From contig CAWJDT010000001.1 in NCBI GenBank assembly GCA_963841735.1, forward strand, positions 320,001-384,000: a stretch of 64,000 nucleotides of DNA. The letters run 5' to 3'. Position 1 is the first letter of the stretch. Every line of letters starts with the position of its first letter. This DNA comes from an uncultured Actinomycetes bacterium (GTDB lineage Bacteria; Actinomycetota; Thermoleophilia; RBG-16-64-13). The notes under the pieces are model-generated. The model was not told the origin of the DNA, searched no databases, and worked only from the letters and a program-made list of their open reading frames with translations. Below are positions 10,349-21,762 of this stretch, one piece after another. The translations under genes and the position numbers were made by a program.

Positions 10349-12070
10349 ATGAGGAAACATCCAAGAACTTTGCTCATCGCCTTGTTGACAGTCGCGGCGA
10401 TACTGGGCCTCTTGGTCGCAAGTGCCTGCGGAGAAGAGAAACCCACCGGCACCATCACCCAGCTTCATGTAACGGGCGAGGCGGGCGGTACGGCGACCGT
10501 CTATGTGTACTCGCCCACGAATCCGGATTTCCCGGGCACCGTGATGCCCACCACCTTTGTCTATCCCGACAAGACGGTGGCCAGCGCCGACGAGGCGCTT
10601 GACTACCTCGTAAAGACGGGCGTCAAAGACATCCTCGAGATCAACCGGTCTTTCGGCATGGTCTTCACACCCATCGACGCCGAGGGTTACACCGAAGCCG
10701 ACCTGCAGATCATGAACTCCGCCAAGGGCCAGTTCAGCGATATCGGCTTCATCTATAAGGGAACGCGGGAAGCCGAAGGCGGCATGGTGACGAGCGACTC
10801 AGGCCTGCAGTACGCCGGTAGCCGCTTCAGGAACTACATCTACGCCGACGGCGCCGGCGCAGACTTCATCGCCAAATATGCGACCAAGAGCATGCCCTAC
10901 ATCTTGCGCTTCTCCGACGGCGGCATGATCACGTTCAACCATCTGGCTGCCGCGGTTGCGCTCTTCAACGTCTCCGAGCCGGCCGTTCCGGGCGACAAGC
11001 CGAATGCCATCCCCGCCTACCTCGCCAACGCCGGCGATACAGTGGTGGACTCTTTCAAGGCCATCAACGGGGTTGATTACCCCACAGTCACCGTCGACAA
11101 GAAGGACGGCATCACTCCAAAGCTGGCCCAAGAGGCCTGGCAAGTCATGTCCGAGTGGCAGAGGACCGAGTGCACCCCCGGCATCTTCCTGCTGACCAAG
11201 TACATCGTCGACTACCAGGCGGCCGGTCTGGACTACACCGAGCATCTCTGGACGCCTATCCCCGAGGTCGGCAACGGCTACGCGTATACCTACTTCACCT
11301 GGGCCCCAGCGGCGAAGGGTGACGCCAAAAGGCCCGCGATCTTGCTGTTCCACGGCGGCGACAATTCCGCCCTATATATAGCCCAGACCTCCGACTGGCT
11401 GCGCGTCGCGCTTGAGAACAACCTGGCGGTAGTCTCGGTGCAGCACTCCGGCGTCAAGGACGAAACAGGCGCCGACATCGCCGCTGCCACTCCCGCCGAC
11501 ATCAAGGCACTTCTGGACTACCTCCTTACGGACAGCAGCCTCAACATCGACCCCGCCAGGGTGTACGCTACGGGCTTCTCCATGGGCTCGCTGATGACGG
11601 CCGGCCTGGCCAAGGAATTCCCCACCAGCTTCGCCGGTTTCGGACCATGCAACCCTGCCGGTCCGATGGACACGGGCGGAGTCGTCGCTCCGGTGTTCGC
11701 CGTGGGCGGGCTCACTGATCCTTTGGCCAAGCCTTCGATCCCGCGATCCCTTGGAGCAGCCAACGTTCAGATATCGCTGACCAACAATGGCGGTACCCCC
11801 GACCCGGCGGTCATCCCTGAGGACAACAAGACGTGGAAGGACCCGGTGTTCGGCTATGCGCCCGATGACACCAAGGAGATATCCGCTTACAACGGCAACA
11901 ACGTCTACACCATCAACTACTACAAGAGCGCCGACGGTGTCGCCTACACAGCCTACTGCGCGGTGACAAACTTGTCCCACGAGACCATCGGCCAGACCTC
12001 CTGGATCCAATGGGATTTCTTGAAGCACTTCGCTCGGAATGCGGACGGCAGCATCACCTACACGCCGTAG
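10349..12070 (+). CDS. Lipoprotein alpha/beta-hydrolase esterase (PHB-depolymerase/LpqC/CE1-like) with a long N-terminal domain
   Basis: Lipobox LVASAC; LLFHGG; VYATGFSMG nucleophile elbow; C-terminal His (LSHE); WDFLKHFAR tail. Confidence 0.75.
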   Translation: MRKHPRTLLIALLTVAAILGLLVASACGEEKPTGTITQLHVTGEAGGTATVYVYSPTNPDFPGTVMPTTFVYPDKTVASADEALDYLVKTGVKDILEINRSFGMVFTPIDAEGYTEADLQIMNSAKGQFSDIGFIYKGTREAEGGMVTSDSGLQYAGSRFRNYIYADGAGADFIAKYATKSMPYILRFSDGGMITFNHLAAAVALFNVSEPAVPGDKPNAIPAYLANAGDTVVDSFKAINGVDYPTVTVDKKDGITPKLAQEAWQVMSEWQRTECTPGIFLLTKYIVDYQAAGLDYTEHLWTPIPEVGNGYAYTYFTWAPAAKGDAKRPAILLFHGGDNSALYIAQTSDWLRVALENNLAVVSVQHSGVKDETGADIAAATPADIKALLDYLLTDSSLNIDPARVYATGFSMGSLMTAGLAKEFPTSFAGFGPCNPAGPMDTGGVVAPVFAVGGLTDPLAKPSIPRSLGAANVQISLTNNGGTPDPAVIPEDNKTWKDPVFGYAPDDTKEISAYNGNNVYTINYYKSADGVAYTAYCAVTNLSHETIGQTSWIQWDFLKHFARNADGSITYTP

Positions 12071-12128
12071 TGCCAAGCCCGGTGCCTGGTCAGAGACTAG
12101 CGCCAACGAAAGTCAGGGGTGAAGGAGC

Positions 12129-13410
12129 ATGAAAGGGTTGAGAAGTCTGACAGTGCTACTGGCCATCGGAATCCTGGTGCTGGGAACCGCGGCATGTGAC
12201 TCCTCCGAATCGGCCACGACCTCCGAGGCCGCCCAGACCACGGTCACTAGCGCAGCCGTGGTGGGCACGACCACTACGGTCGCCGTCCCGACTACGGTGG
12301 CCGAGAGAGACTATCCGGGCAAAGACAAATGGTTTGTGGAGCTGCCTGGCCAGCCGAACGCCTACTCCATCGTGGGCGTCAACGGCAGCGAGGGCTTTGA
12401 CATGGCCTCGTTCGTGAACTCCGTGATGGCGGAGAAGCTTATCGCGCTGCAGTACAACACACTCGTCCTCTACACGGACGACATGGACCCCGCGCTCGTG
12501 GCGTTCTGGGATGGCTTGGGGATCAAGAAGGAGCTCCACGACGCAGAGGACAAGAACAAAGCATGGGCCAGCTACACTCCGGTGGCGGCTCTCGAACCTG
12601 GGAACACCACCAAGTACCCGGTCGTGTTCTCGTTCCACGGCAACAAGAACACCATCCTGCACGCTGAGGGCTTTGGGTTCGCCAACCTGGGGGCCACCGC
12701 AGGGCTTCATCACCGTCATTCCCGACTGCAACAACAGCGACGGACCGACCGCGGCGGCGGCGATCCCGGTGATCCTCGACACTCTCGAAGCGGGAGGCTA
12801 TCCCATCGACAGAAGCCGCGTGTATCTCACCGGCATGTCAAAAGGCGGCATTTGCAGCGCTCAAGCGGCCCTCGCTCTCCCCGATGTGGTGACCGCGATC
12901 GCGATCCATGGTTCGGCCTTTGCGCTGAACACGCAACCCGCGGGGGAGGCAGGAGCCCAGCCATCAGCGGCGGCGATAGGCATCCCGCCGACGGCCTATG
13001 AGAAGGCCATGGCCTACGATATCCCCATGTATCTCGCGGTAGGGCAGTATGACTTTGGTCAACTCCCCCTCAAGACACAGCCGATCATCGACGGGCTCAA
13101 TCTGTGGCTGGAGATGGACGGCTGCCCCACGAGACTGACGCTGGACGCGTGCCTGGCGGCTGCGGCCAGCGGGACCGACCCAGCTGTGACCTTTCTTGGG
13201 GTCACTGCCGACAAGACCTACACTGACACGATCGACGGCTCCATGCACTACTTCGCTGAGTACAACAACACAGATGGCGTGACGATGATCAAACTCATCG
13301 GTGTGGCCAACCACCCGCACTGGACCACCGCCTCATATCCACAGATGGCCTGGGACTTCATGAGCAAGTTCTCCAAGGATGCCGAGGGCAATCTGATCGT
13401 CGCTCAGTAG
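12129..13410 (+). CDS. Lipoprotein esterase paralog 2; frameshift near 12695
   Basis: Lipobox TAAC, Thr-rich linker, VFSFHG, VYLTGMSKG, NHPHW, WDFMSKFSKD. Confidence 0.75.
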
Positions 13411-14706
13411 TCACATGAGGACGCGAACCCTGAACGGCAAAGAAAGGGGTGCACAATGAAAAGACCATTCTTGGCAGTCGCCAGCATGGTCCTGGTCGGC
13501 CAACTGACAGTGAGTCTGCTCACCGGCTGCGGCGGCGACTCGACCGCCGCTACCGCCGGCGCAGTCACGACAGACACCACCGCGGCGGCTCCGACGACCA
13601 CCCTCTCGGCCGGAGACACGGGCGTCGTTCTTCCCGACGCCGTCTACACCGACTTCAAGAACCTCGGCAAAGGGCAACTCGACGTCGAAGCCTGGAAGGC
13701 TACCGAAGCGGCCCAGAAGACCGTCGAGCACAAGAGGAACCCCTTCCTCTACAGGAACGAGATGGACCCGGCCGTAATAGCCTACTGGGACGCCTTGGGG
13801 ATCAAGAAGGAGATGCACGACGCGGATGAACCGGCCCTGAAATGGGCGAGCTACACTCCGCTGGCGGCGCTCGCGGACGGCAACACGGCCGTCTATCCGG
13901 TGGTGTTCGACTTCGTCGGGGCTGAGAAGCTCATATTCTACGCAGAGACCCACGGAATAGCATATCGTGGGGGCCACAGAGGGCTACATCACCATCTGCC
14001 CCTCCAATCCCGTAGCCATGAAGGCTATCGACCCCGCCGCCATGGGCGCCTACGAGGATCTCACCGCAGGGGGCCAGGTCGTCAGGATCCTGGACGCTCT
14101 TGAGGCACAGGGCTATCCGATCGACAGGAGCCGAGTCTACGTGACCGGCATGTCGACGGGCGGCGTCGCGACTGCGCTGGCGGGCCTCGAACATACCAGA
14201 TGTCGTCGCGGCGTGTCGCCATGCACAGTTCGGTCTCATGCGCTCTCAATACCGAGCAAGACGGCGTCGTTCACATTCTTCACTCCCGCGAGCGACTACG
14301 CGAAGGCCATGGACTACGGAGCATCCCCATGCTCGCGGTGGCTGGCGATCACGACATGGCGATGCTCCCGATCAACGACCGCGGGCGTCATCAGCGGGAC
14401 TGAACCTGTGGCTGCAGGTGAACGGCTGCCCCACCCAACTCGCCTTGGAGGATAGCCTCGCGGCCCAGGCGAGCAGCACCGATCCGGCGGTCAAGGCCAT
14501 AGGCGTGGTGGGCGACAAGATGTGGACCGAGACCATCGACGGACGTCGTGCACTACGGCGCTGAGTTCAACCGCGCCGATGGCGTGAAGATGGTCGAGCT
14601 CGTATGTGTGACCAACCTGCCGCACATGGCGAGACTCCGCCTTTCCGCAGATGGCCTGGGACTTCATGAGCAGGTTCTCCAGGGATGCCGAAGGCAATCT
14701 GATCGT
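13342..14706 (+). repeat. Near-identical 59-bp 3' segments of esterase paralogs 2 and 3 (13342..13400 and 14648..14706)
   Basis: CAGATGGCCTGGGACTTCATGAGCA...GGCAATCTGATCGT; 56/59 identical by manual comparison. Confidence 0.85.
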
Positions 14707-14716
14707 GGCGGACTGA
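13456..14716 (+). CDS. Lipoprotein esterase paralog 3; multiple frameshifts
   Basis: Lipobox LTGC, Thr-rich linker, VYVTGMSTG, NLPH. Shares MDPA..WD.LGIKKE.HDA and WASYTP with paralog 2. Confidence 0.72.
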
Positions 14717-14739
14717 GCGCGAGCCACCACAGCTGCCAA

Positions 14740-14780
14740 GAGAGGAGGTCCACTTTCGAGTGGGCCTCCTCTCCTTCTTC
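14740..14780 (+). terminator. Intrinsic terminator hairpin between convergent genes, possibly bidirectional
   Basis: GAGAGGAGGTCCACT-TTCG-AGTGGGCCTCCTCTC followed by CTTCTTCT. Confidence 0.7.
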
Positions 14781-14791
14781 TGGGAATATCG

Positions 14792-17443
14792 TCAGCGCAG
14801 ATCGACGAAGACCTGGTGCTCTCCTCCACCCAGCGCGCGTGTCTCCCCGTCCAAGCGAAGTTCGGCGGTGGCCATCGCCGGCACGGTGAGATCCACCGAG
14901 ACCCTCTCCCCTCCCGCTTCCACGAGCAGGAAGCCTCCCCGTAGGGGGTCTGCACGCTGCAGTCAGCGTGCGCCAGCCCGCAGTGAAGGTCGGGGCTGAA
15001 TACTATGTGCCGGTACCCGGCTTCCCCTATCGTGATGCCGCCGATGTTCCGGTATATCCAGTCACCCACACTGCCCAACGCGTAGTGATTGAAGGACGAG
15101 TTGGTGACGGTGCCGTCGGGCGCGATCGCTTCCCAACTCTCCCAGATGGTCGTCGCGCCCCTCTCCACCATGTACAGCCACGACGGGCTCTCAGTCTGGA
15201 ACAGCAGCCGGTAGGCCACGTCCTTGTGGCCCGCTTCGGTGAGCACGTCCAGCAGATGCGGAGTGGACACGAAGCCGGTATCCAGCCGATATCCGTTCTC
15301 TTCGATCATGCGGACCAGACGCCCGGCCACCCGCTCCTTAAGCGCGCCTTCGACAACATCCGCGTACAGGGCCAGGACGTACATGCCCATCAGGTCGCCG
15401 CGGATCAGCCCGTCGTCGGAGATGAACTCCTCTCGGACCGCCTGTTTGATCTTGGGCAGCAGCGCTCCGTAGCGCGCCCGCTTCTCCAGAAGGTCCTCGC
15501 TGGGCTCCTCCTCCAGCAGCGCGTCCAGCACGGCCAGGAACGCCCGCACCGTGACAGCGTAATAGCAGGCCGCGATCACCTCTCGGGTGGCCGCCACGCC
15601 GTTCATCACACCCCCGGGCTCTTTGGCGAAGCTGGGGATGAGCCAATCGCCAAAGTGATGCCCCTTGGTCCAGAGGTAGGGGTTGCGCGCCTGTTGCGCC
15701 GGAGTCAGTGAGTCCCAGCCCTCGGGCTTCCGAGCGGCCGCGGCGGCGATGAAACCCAGCCAGCGCTCCATCATGGGGAGGTTGTCCCGCAGCACATGCT
15801 TGTCGCCGTAGCAGCGGTAGAGGTCGTACGGCACCAGCACGCAGGCGTCACCCCACGCCGCGGAGGAGTTGTCCCCCGCCTTCTCCCGCTCCATGCGGTC
15901 CTGCGCGGGATAGCACGGCACGACCATCGGGACCTCGCCGTCCTCTTTCTGCTCTGCCCGCATGTCGGCCAACCAGCTCACCAGAAAGTTGTGCAGGTCG
16001 AAATCGAAGCACCCCGTCTTGGCAAAGACCAAGATGTCCCCCGTCCAGCCCATCTTCTCCCGCTGGGGGCAGTCCGTCGGCACCGAGAACATGTTGCTGC
16101 GCTCGCTCTGCCGGATGTTGCGCTGCAGGGCGTTCAGGCGCTCGTCGGAGCACGAGAAGTGTCCGGTGCTTCTAAGCGCGGTCCCCAGGGCGAGAGCCTG
16201 CACCCGGACTATCTGATCGTGGGCGACGCCTGCGATACGCACGTAGCGGAACCCGTGATAGGTGAACCGGGGGCGGAACGTGGTCACCCCCGCCGGGCAG
16301 ACAAATACGTCGCGCTGGTCCTTGTTGCGGCCCATGATGTTGCGGATGAATCCGCCGTCCTTGCCCAAGACCTCCGAGAAGTCGAGCACTACCTCAGTCT
16401 GCTCGGCGGCCCGCACCGTCAACTCGGCGACACCGGCCAAGCACTTGCCGAAATCGACCACCAAGTCCCCTTCGGGCGTGGTGAAGACTGTCTGCGGGTC
16501 CAGCCGTTCCCACTCGACCACGGGCGGCTTCGGCTGTGCGATCAGATTGCCGGTGCCGTAGGCCGCCGGCGTCACGGGCTCCCAAGCGCGCGGGGAGTGC
16601 CACATAGTCATGACGCTCACCTATGAACAGGTCGGCATAGTCGATGTACGAGCGACGACTCTCAAAGGAAGTGTCGGAGCAGACCTGGTGCGTCGCCCCG
16701 TCCTCATCGATCCACTCCAGCTGCATCAGGAATCCCAGCCTGTCGCCGTACTGGCAGCTGTCGCCCGACAGCCCGATGCGCCCTATCCACCAGCCGTCCG
16801 CCAGCGTCACGGTGATCTCGTTCTCGCCCTCCCGGAGAAGGGCCGCCACATCGTAGGTCTGATAGAAGAGGCGGTCGTGGTAGGCCGAAGTCTCCGGGGC
16901 CAGCAGGTTCTTGCCCGCCGGCTGTCCGTTGACGAGCAACTCGTATACGCCGTGTGCGGTGGCGTATAGCCTGGCCTTTCGCGTGCGTCCGGCGCAGGTC
17001 AACGTCTTCTTCAGTTCTCGACACGGTCGCAGGCGGTCCTGCCCACCGAAGTCGTCGTCGTGGGGCGTAAAAAGGTAGTGCATCTGCACTTCCTTTTCCC
17101 GGATAGCCGGGTCCTGCAGGGGCTCGATCCACTCAGCAGCCCAGGGGGTACCCATGAAACCCGTCTCGAACGCGGCACCGCACTCGCCCGCGACCTCGCC
17201 CTGCAGATAGGAGACAGCCTTCGCGGTGAAGACGGTCTTGGGGGACAGCGCCGCCCCGCCATACCGGAAGTGCGGACTCGCGAACGCCGATACGCCCGTG
17301 TCCCACAGCACCTCGCCGCCCGGGCCCGTCACGACCAGGCGCACCGCGTCGAAGCGCTCGATGCTCCGCAGCTGGAGCGAGAAGGTCGGCCCGCCGTCGT
17401 CGGTCACGACGTGGCCCGCGAGACCGTTGACGAACAGTTCCAT
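14792..17443 (-). CDS. GH78 alpha-L-rhamnosidase; frameshifts near 16600 and 14900
   Basis: LYATAHGVYE, FTYHGFRY, PTDCPQREKMGWTGD, AWGDA, FGDW, GATTIWESW, SFNHYALG. The ATG overlaps the upstream TAA (TAATG). Confidence 0.9.
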
Positions 17444-18384
17444 TACAGCTTCGCCCAATCCTCGAAGTGCAATTTGATGAACTCCATGGTGCGCGCTGTC
17501 TGTTCCGCCAACGTTCCATCGGCCGCGGCCGCCAAGATCGCGGGCGGGCACCAGTCCTCCAGCTCACCGCGATGGGCGAATTCGAAGAACCCGTGGGCCA
17601 TGCCTTTCGCCACCATGCTGTCCACCTGCACACCCGCTTGCCGCAGCATGTCCGCGTACTTTTCGCCCTCGTCAAACAGGCCGTCCGCCTCGGCCAGCAC
17701 GAACACCGCGCGTGGAAGCCCAATCAGATCGTCCGTCGAAGCGCAGATAGGGGAGAGCAACGGATCCGCCGGGTCTTCCTTGCCGATGTGGGCTTGGTTG
17801 AAGTACGTGTACATCGCCAGTTCCATCGGATCGAGGCGCTTCGCCTGCGGCGGTGTCACGGAGTCCACGAACGGATACACCAGGATCTGCAGACCGATGG
17901 AGTATTCCTTCTTCCTGTTGGCCATGATGCACACCGTCGCCGACTCGGTCGCACCCGCGCTGTTGCCCATCACCGCGACCCTACCGCGGTCGAAGTCGTG
18001 GGCGCCGCTGTCCAGGTAGTACTTGATGACGTCGTACGCGTCGTAGAGAGGGGCCGGGAAGGGGTTCTCCTCTCCCTTGCGATAGTCGATGGAGACCACG
18101 TTCGCCCCCAAAGCCTGCCGCACCGCATGCCAGAGGATGTCGTCCAGCGCGCTGCCGCCGAACATGAAGCCGCCGCCATGGAAGGCGAACACCACCGGCG
18201 CTCCCGCCTGGTCGACCGGGTAGAACACGGTATCCAGCGTCCTACCGGGGAGCGAGATGGACTCGCGTATGCCGCGGACGGGCACGATCTTGTTGAGTTC
18301 TTTCATCAGCTTGACGCCAGCGGCCACTTCCAGCTTTGCGGCTGCCATCGCCTCAGGCGAGGGGGCATCGGTCACAACGATCAC
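17443..18384 (-). CDS. Alpha/beta hydrolase, HSL/family IV esterase
   Basis: FHGGGF oxyanion motif, GNSAG nucleophile elbow, AEADGL, HGF. Confidence 0.88.
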   Translation of the reverse strand: MIVVTDAPSPEAMAAAKLEVAAGVKLMKELNKIVPVRGIRESISLPGRTLDTVFYPVDQAGAPVVFAFHGGGFMFGGSALDDILWHAVRQALGANVVSIDYRKGEENPFPAPLYDAYDVIKYYLDSGAHDFDRGRVAVMGNSAGATESATVCIMANRKKEYSIGLQILVYPFVDSVTPPQAKRLDPMELAMYTYFNQAHIGKEDPADPLLSPICASTDDLIGLPRAVFVLAEADGLFDEGEKYADMLRQAGVQVDSMVAKGMAHGFFEFAHRGELEDWCPPAILAAAADGTLAEQTARTMEFIKLHFEDWAKL

Positions 18385-19265
18385 CTCTTGAATCCGTCGT
18401 CGGTTTCTATCAACTCGATGAGCGTCGGGCGCTCTTGGCCGCTCGAATTCGGGGCGTGCAGCGCCAGCAGCAGCCGTCCCTCCCTCGACCTGAAGACCAT
18501 GCCGTGGCCGCCGTCCTCGGCGAAGAGCGGCTGCGCCTCATGTACCCAGGGCCCGAGGATGCCACCAGCCGCGGAACGGGCGATGCCCGTCGCGTACCCC
18601 GATGGCCCGAAGCTCGACCACAGGAGCAACAACTGCCCCGACCGGGTCTGGTACGCAAACGGCCCGTCGGAGAGATACACCTCCCCTTCGATTCCAAAAT
18701 CCTTCGCAAAGGGGAACGGCCGCGCCCACGGCGCGTCGACCGCGTTGAAGATCACGTGGATGTCCCCCACCGTGGTCTTGAGGTCCCGAGCCAGTTCCAC
18801 GACGCACATCTGGCCCTCGGCAGCCTGCTTGAACGATCCGCTGAAGACAAGGTAGGGGGCACCACCGGCGTCCACGTAAAGCGTTCCGTCCAGGTAATCC
18901 CCACCGGCCGGCGTCACCGGTCCGTCGCTGTGCAGTTCGAAAGGCCCCAACGCAGAATCCGCTTTCAAGATCTGGATCCCAACTCCCCTATCGTCCGCGC
19001 CGAATGTCGCGATCAGGTAGTAGGAACCTTCATAGAAGAAGCACTCCGGCGCCCAGTAGGACCTGTCCGCCCAGAAGTCCTGAGGCTTGTGGAATATCTC
19101 AAAGGGACCTCGCCAAGAGACCAGATCGTCGCTGGTGTAGCAGTCGAACCCGTCGGCCTGGGTCCACACAGTCGGGCCTCTGGTCCCGTAGAGATGGTAG
19201 CGATCGTCGCTCAAGAGGACGAACGGATCCCGGAGATGGATATCCTTCAGTTCCAGGCTGCGCAT
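18381..19265 (-). CDS. GH43 glycoside hydrolase (arabinanase/arabinofuranosidase/xylosidase-like)
   Basis: IHLRDPFV, YWAPE, YLDGTLY, SDGPF, DGGHGM. Start taken at ATG 19265 after GGAAGGA. Confidence 0.85.
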   Translation of the reverse strand: MRSLELKDIHLRDPFVLLSDDRYHLYGTRGPTVWTQADGFDCYTSDDLVSWRGPFEIFHKPQDFWADRSYWAPECFFYEGSYYLIATFGADDRGVGIQILKADSALGPFELHSDGPVTPAGGDYLDGTLYVDAGGAPYLVFSGSFKQAAEGQMCVVELARDLKTTVGDIHVIFNAVDAPWARPFPFAKDFGIEGEVYLSDGPFAYQTRSGQLLLLWSSFGPSGYATGIARSAAGGILGPWVHEAQPLFAEDGGHGMVFRSREGRLLLALHAPNSSGQERPTLIELIETDDGFKR

Positions 19266-19386
19266 ACCGGCGTCCTTCCAGTTAGGGTCTGCAGCGTTCC
19301 AATGATGACTTCCGGGCGCAGCCCCCTCAGCGCAAGCCCGTTGGTAAGAACTGTGATGCCGGCAGCGCCGATCAAACCAGCATGGA

Positions 19387-20406
19387 TCAGTCGGTGCCCG
19401 ACCTGTCATCAAAGGCGGCCTGCTTCTTGAGCTTGAACATCTTATACAGGCCGATCTTGTGGCTGTTGGAGAGGTAGACCAGGAACACAAGCACGATGGC
19501 GCCGGTGAGTGCTTGCTGAACGGATATGGAGAACCCCAGCTTGATAAAGGCCTGATAGATAGAGGCTTGGATGAAAGCCCCAATGATCGTGCCGATGTTC
19601 TTGTCGGAGTACTTAGCCAGCGAAACGCCTATGAACATGGGCAGGAAGGCATCCATGATGAACGGTAGGCTACCCAGACCGGTCTTCGGCTGCATGATCC
19701 CGAAGTTCGAGAAGTAGACCGCGCCCGCCATTGCCAGCAGAGCGCCGGCTATGACGTAGCAGGCGACGGTGTTGCGCTTCTCGTTGACGCCCACGTCCAC
19801 CGCGTTTTTCTGCCCCGTGCGCAGCGAATTGGTGTTGTATCCGAACTTGGTGAAGTTCAGTAGGTATACCAAGACGACCAAGACGCAGGCCAGGAGGATC
19901 ACGTTGTTGGGCCACTTCGCGAAGATGAGCAGGTCGTCCCTACCGATGAGGCGGATGCCCTTGGAGTCGTTCAGTCCATACGCGATGGCCTCGTATAGCA
20001 TCGCTATGCCCAGAGAGACCACCATGGCAGGCAGTCTGAGCCACACATAGATCAGACCACCGATGGAGCCTAGCACCATCCCGGCGAGAACCATCAGCAG
20101 CAACATCGAGAAAGGACCCCCACCCAACTTGCCGGCCAAGGTCCCACCGACTATCACGGAGAGAATGATCACCGAACCCACGGAGAAGTCGAACCTGCCC
20201 GAGGTCAGGTTGTAGGACACCGCCAGAGCGATCAGACCGTAGTAGACGGTGTTGTAGGCAAGCGTCTTCCACTCCTGTGCCGATAGGAAATCGGGAGACT
20301 GCCCAGCAGCGGCGATGATGCCTTTGAGCAGCAAGTAGACGGCCAGCGGCACGCCGATGGTCACCAGCGTGTTCAGACCTATCTTCTTTAACCTCGTTGC
20401 TGTCAT
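19387..20406 (-). CDS. Sugar ABC transporter permease (CUT2)
   Basis: Hydrophobic multi-TM protein with SGRFDFSVG and TKFGYN...A...G motifs. Confidence 0.88.
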   Translation of the reverse strand: MTATRLKKIGLNTLVTIGVPLAVYLLLKGIIAAAGQSPDFLSAQEWKTLAYNTVYYGLIALAVSYNLTSGRFDFSVGSVIILSVIVGGTLAGKLGGGPFSMLLLMVLAGMVLGSIGGLIYVWLRLPAMVVSLGIAMLYEAIAYGLNDSKGIRLIGRDDLLIFAKWPNNVILLACVLVVLVYLLNFTKFGYNTNSLRTGQKNAVDVGVNEKRNTVACYVIAGALLAMAGAVYFSNFGIMQPKTGLGSLPFIMDAFLPMFIGVSLAKYSDKNIGTIIGAFIQASIYQAFIKLGFSISVQQALTGAIVLVFLVYLSNSHKIGLYKMFKLKKQAAFDDRSGTD

Positions 20407-20428
20407 GGCCTCACCTGTTCCGCGGTCT

Positions 20429-20461
20429 GGCCGCAACGGGTCCGCTGGACCCGTTGCGGCC
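20429..20461. other. Perfect 15-bp stem-loop between the SBP and permease genes
   Basis: GGCCGCAACGGGTCC-GCT-GGACCCGTTGCGGCC with no U-tract. Confidence 0.8.
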
Positions 20462-20481
20462 GCCTCGTGCCGCTTTCTCTA

Positions 20482-21657
20482 CTACTTGGCCGCGGCCGCC
20501 TGCGCCGCGCGCCTTGCCTCCACGTCTGAGATCGAGTTCGCCGCATACAGCGCAGCGACATCTGCGAACGTCGCATCGGCGTTGACACCCTTCACTACCG
20601 ACAGGATGTCCTCGGCGTTCCAGCACCAGATGCCACCGGTCTCGATATCCGAATAGGCTGCATACTCTTCAGCCGACTTGATCACCCACCAGCTGACCTC
20701 GACCCGCGGTGCGAGACCATTGTCTCGGTACGCGTCTTCGGCCCCGTCCAGAGCGTTCAGAAGGAGTGGGACTCCCATGCCGAAAGCGCTGGTAGTCTCG
20801 ATAGGCGTACATACCATCTGGCCGCTCTCCCACGCGCTCTTGGTCAGATCGCTGAAGGCGTCGATGGCCGCGATCTTGACACTGTCGGTCATACCCGCGT
20901 TCGAGAGCGCCTGGTACCAGGTGGCCGCGCCGAATGAGCAACCCAAGCCGTCGAAACCCTGCTGTATGGCATCGTCCTGAGCCGGTTTGTACGTTCCGAG
21001 CTCCGGCCAGCCGCCCACGTCAGCAACGAGCTCGACATCCTTGCCGGCCTGCTTGGCTTCGTCGATCGCGGCCATGAAACCCTTGGAGCGATCGATGAAC
21101 ATCTGCACGCCGTAGTCCCTGCCGCCGGAGACGTAAACGAGCCTCTTGCAGCCGGCGTCGATCAGAGCCTGCGCCATGTCGTGGCCGGCGTCGTAGTTTT
21201 GGGTCTCGTTGTACCAGCCGCCCAGATACATCGGGTTGTCCTTGAAGGCGTCATAGACCGTAGGCTCTTCGGCGACGCCGAAGTAGTACATCCCCTTGTC
21301 GATGCAGAGCTGCACCGACGCCACCCTCGCGACGTTGAAGTAGCCGATGATGGCTTTGCATCCCGCTGCAGCGCACGATTCGATGAAGGCCAGCTCGCCT
21401 TCGGCGTTACCGATGGCTTCAGAGTAGATGACATCGATGTTGATCTTCGTTTTCAGGTAGTCGAAATACCCCTTGACAGCCAAGAACTGTTCAGCCGTCG
21501 GGTCGAAGGTGACAACGCCTATCTTCACCGTCTCGGCCGGATACTTCTCCCCTTCCGGAAGGACTCCCGTGCTGCCGGAGCCACCGCCGCAGGCCGCGAG
21601 GCTCACTGTCAAGACAAAGGCCAACAAACACGCCGACACTATCAGTGATTTCTTCAT
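20482..21657 (-). CDS. Sugar ABC substrate-binding lipoprotein (periplasmic-binding protein type 1)
   Basis: MKKS... signal with lipobox LAAC; lies inside the ABC operon. Confidence 0.8.
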   Translation of the reverse strand: MKKSLIVSACLLAFVLTVSLAACGGGSGSTGVLPEGEKYPAETVKIGVVTFDPTAEQFLAVKGYFDYLKTKINIDVIYSEAIGNAEGELAFIESCAAAGCKAIIGYFNVARVASVQLCIDKGMYYFGVAEEPTVYDAFKDNPMYLGGWYNETQNYDAGHDMAQALIDAGCKRLVYVSGGRDYGVQMFIDRSKGFMAAIDEAKQAGKDVELVADVGGWPELGTYKPAQDDAIQQGFDGLGCSFGAATWYQALSNAGMTDSVKIAAIDAFSDLTKSAWESGQMVCTPIETTSAFGMGVPLLLNALDGAEDAYRDNGLAPRVEVSWWVIKSAEEYAAYSDIETGGIWCWNAEDILSVVKGVNADATFADVAALYAANSISDVEARRAAQAAAAK

Positions 21658-21762
21658 GAATACTTCCCTCCTGTTGGTCACGTTTTTCGCACCGCCCACT
21701 GGAGCCCCGTCAGTCCTTCCCGTCGTCCTCCTCGTTCAAGCCTGCCCATCGAGCTTCGTCGA

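Noticed and set aside
7498-16620. Programmed frameshifting or phase variation
   Set aside because: The breaks are numerous and scattered, with no consistent slippery site or long simple repeat; sequencing error is the simpler explanation.
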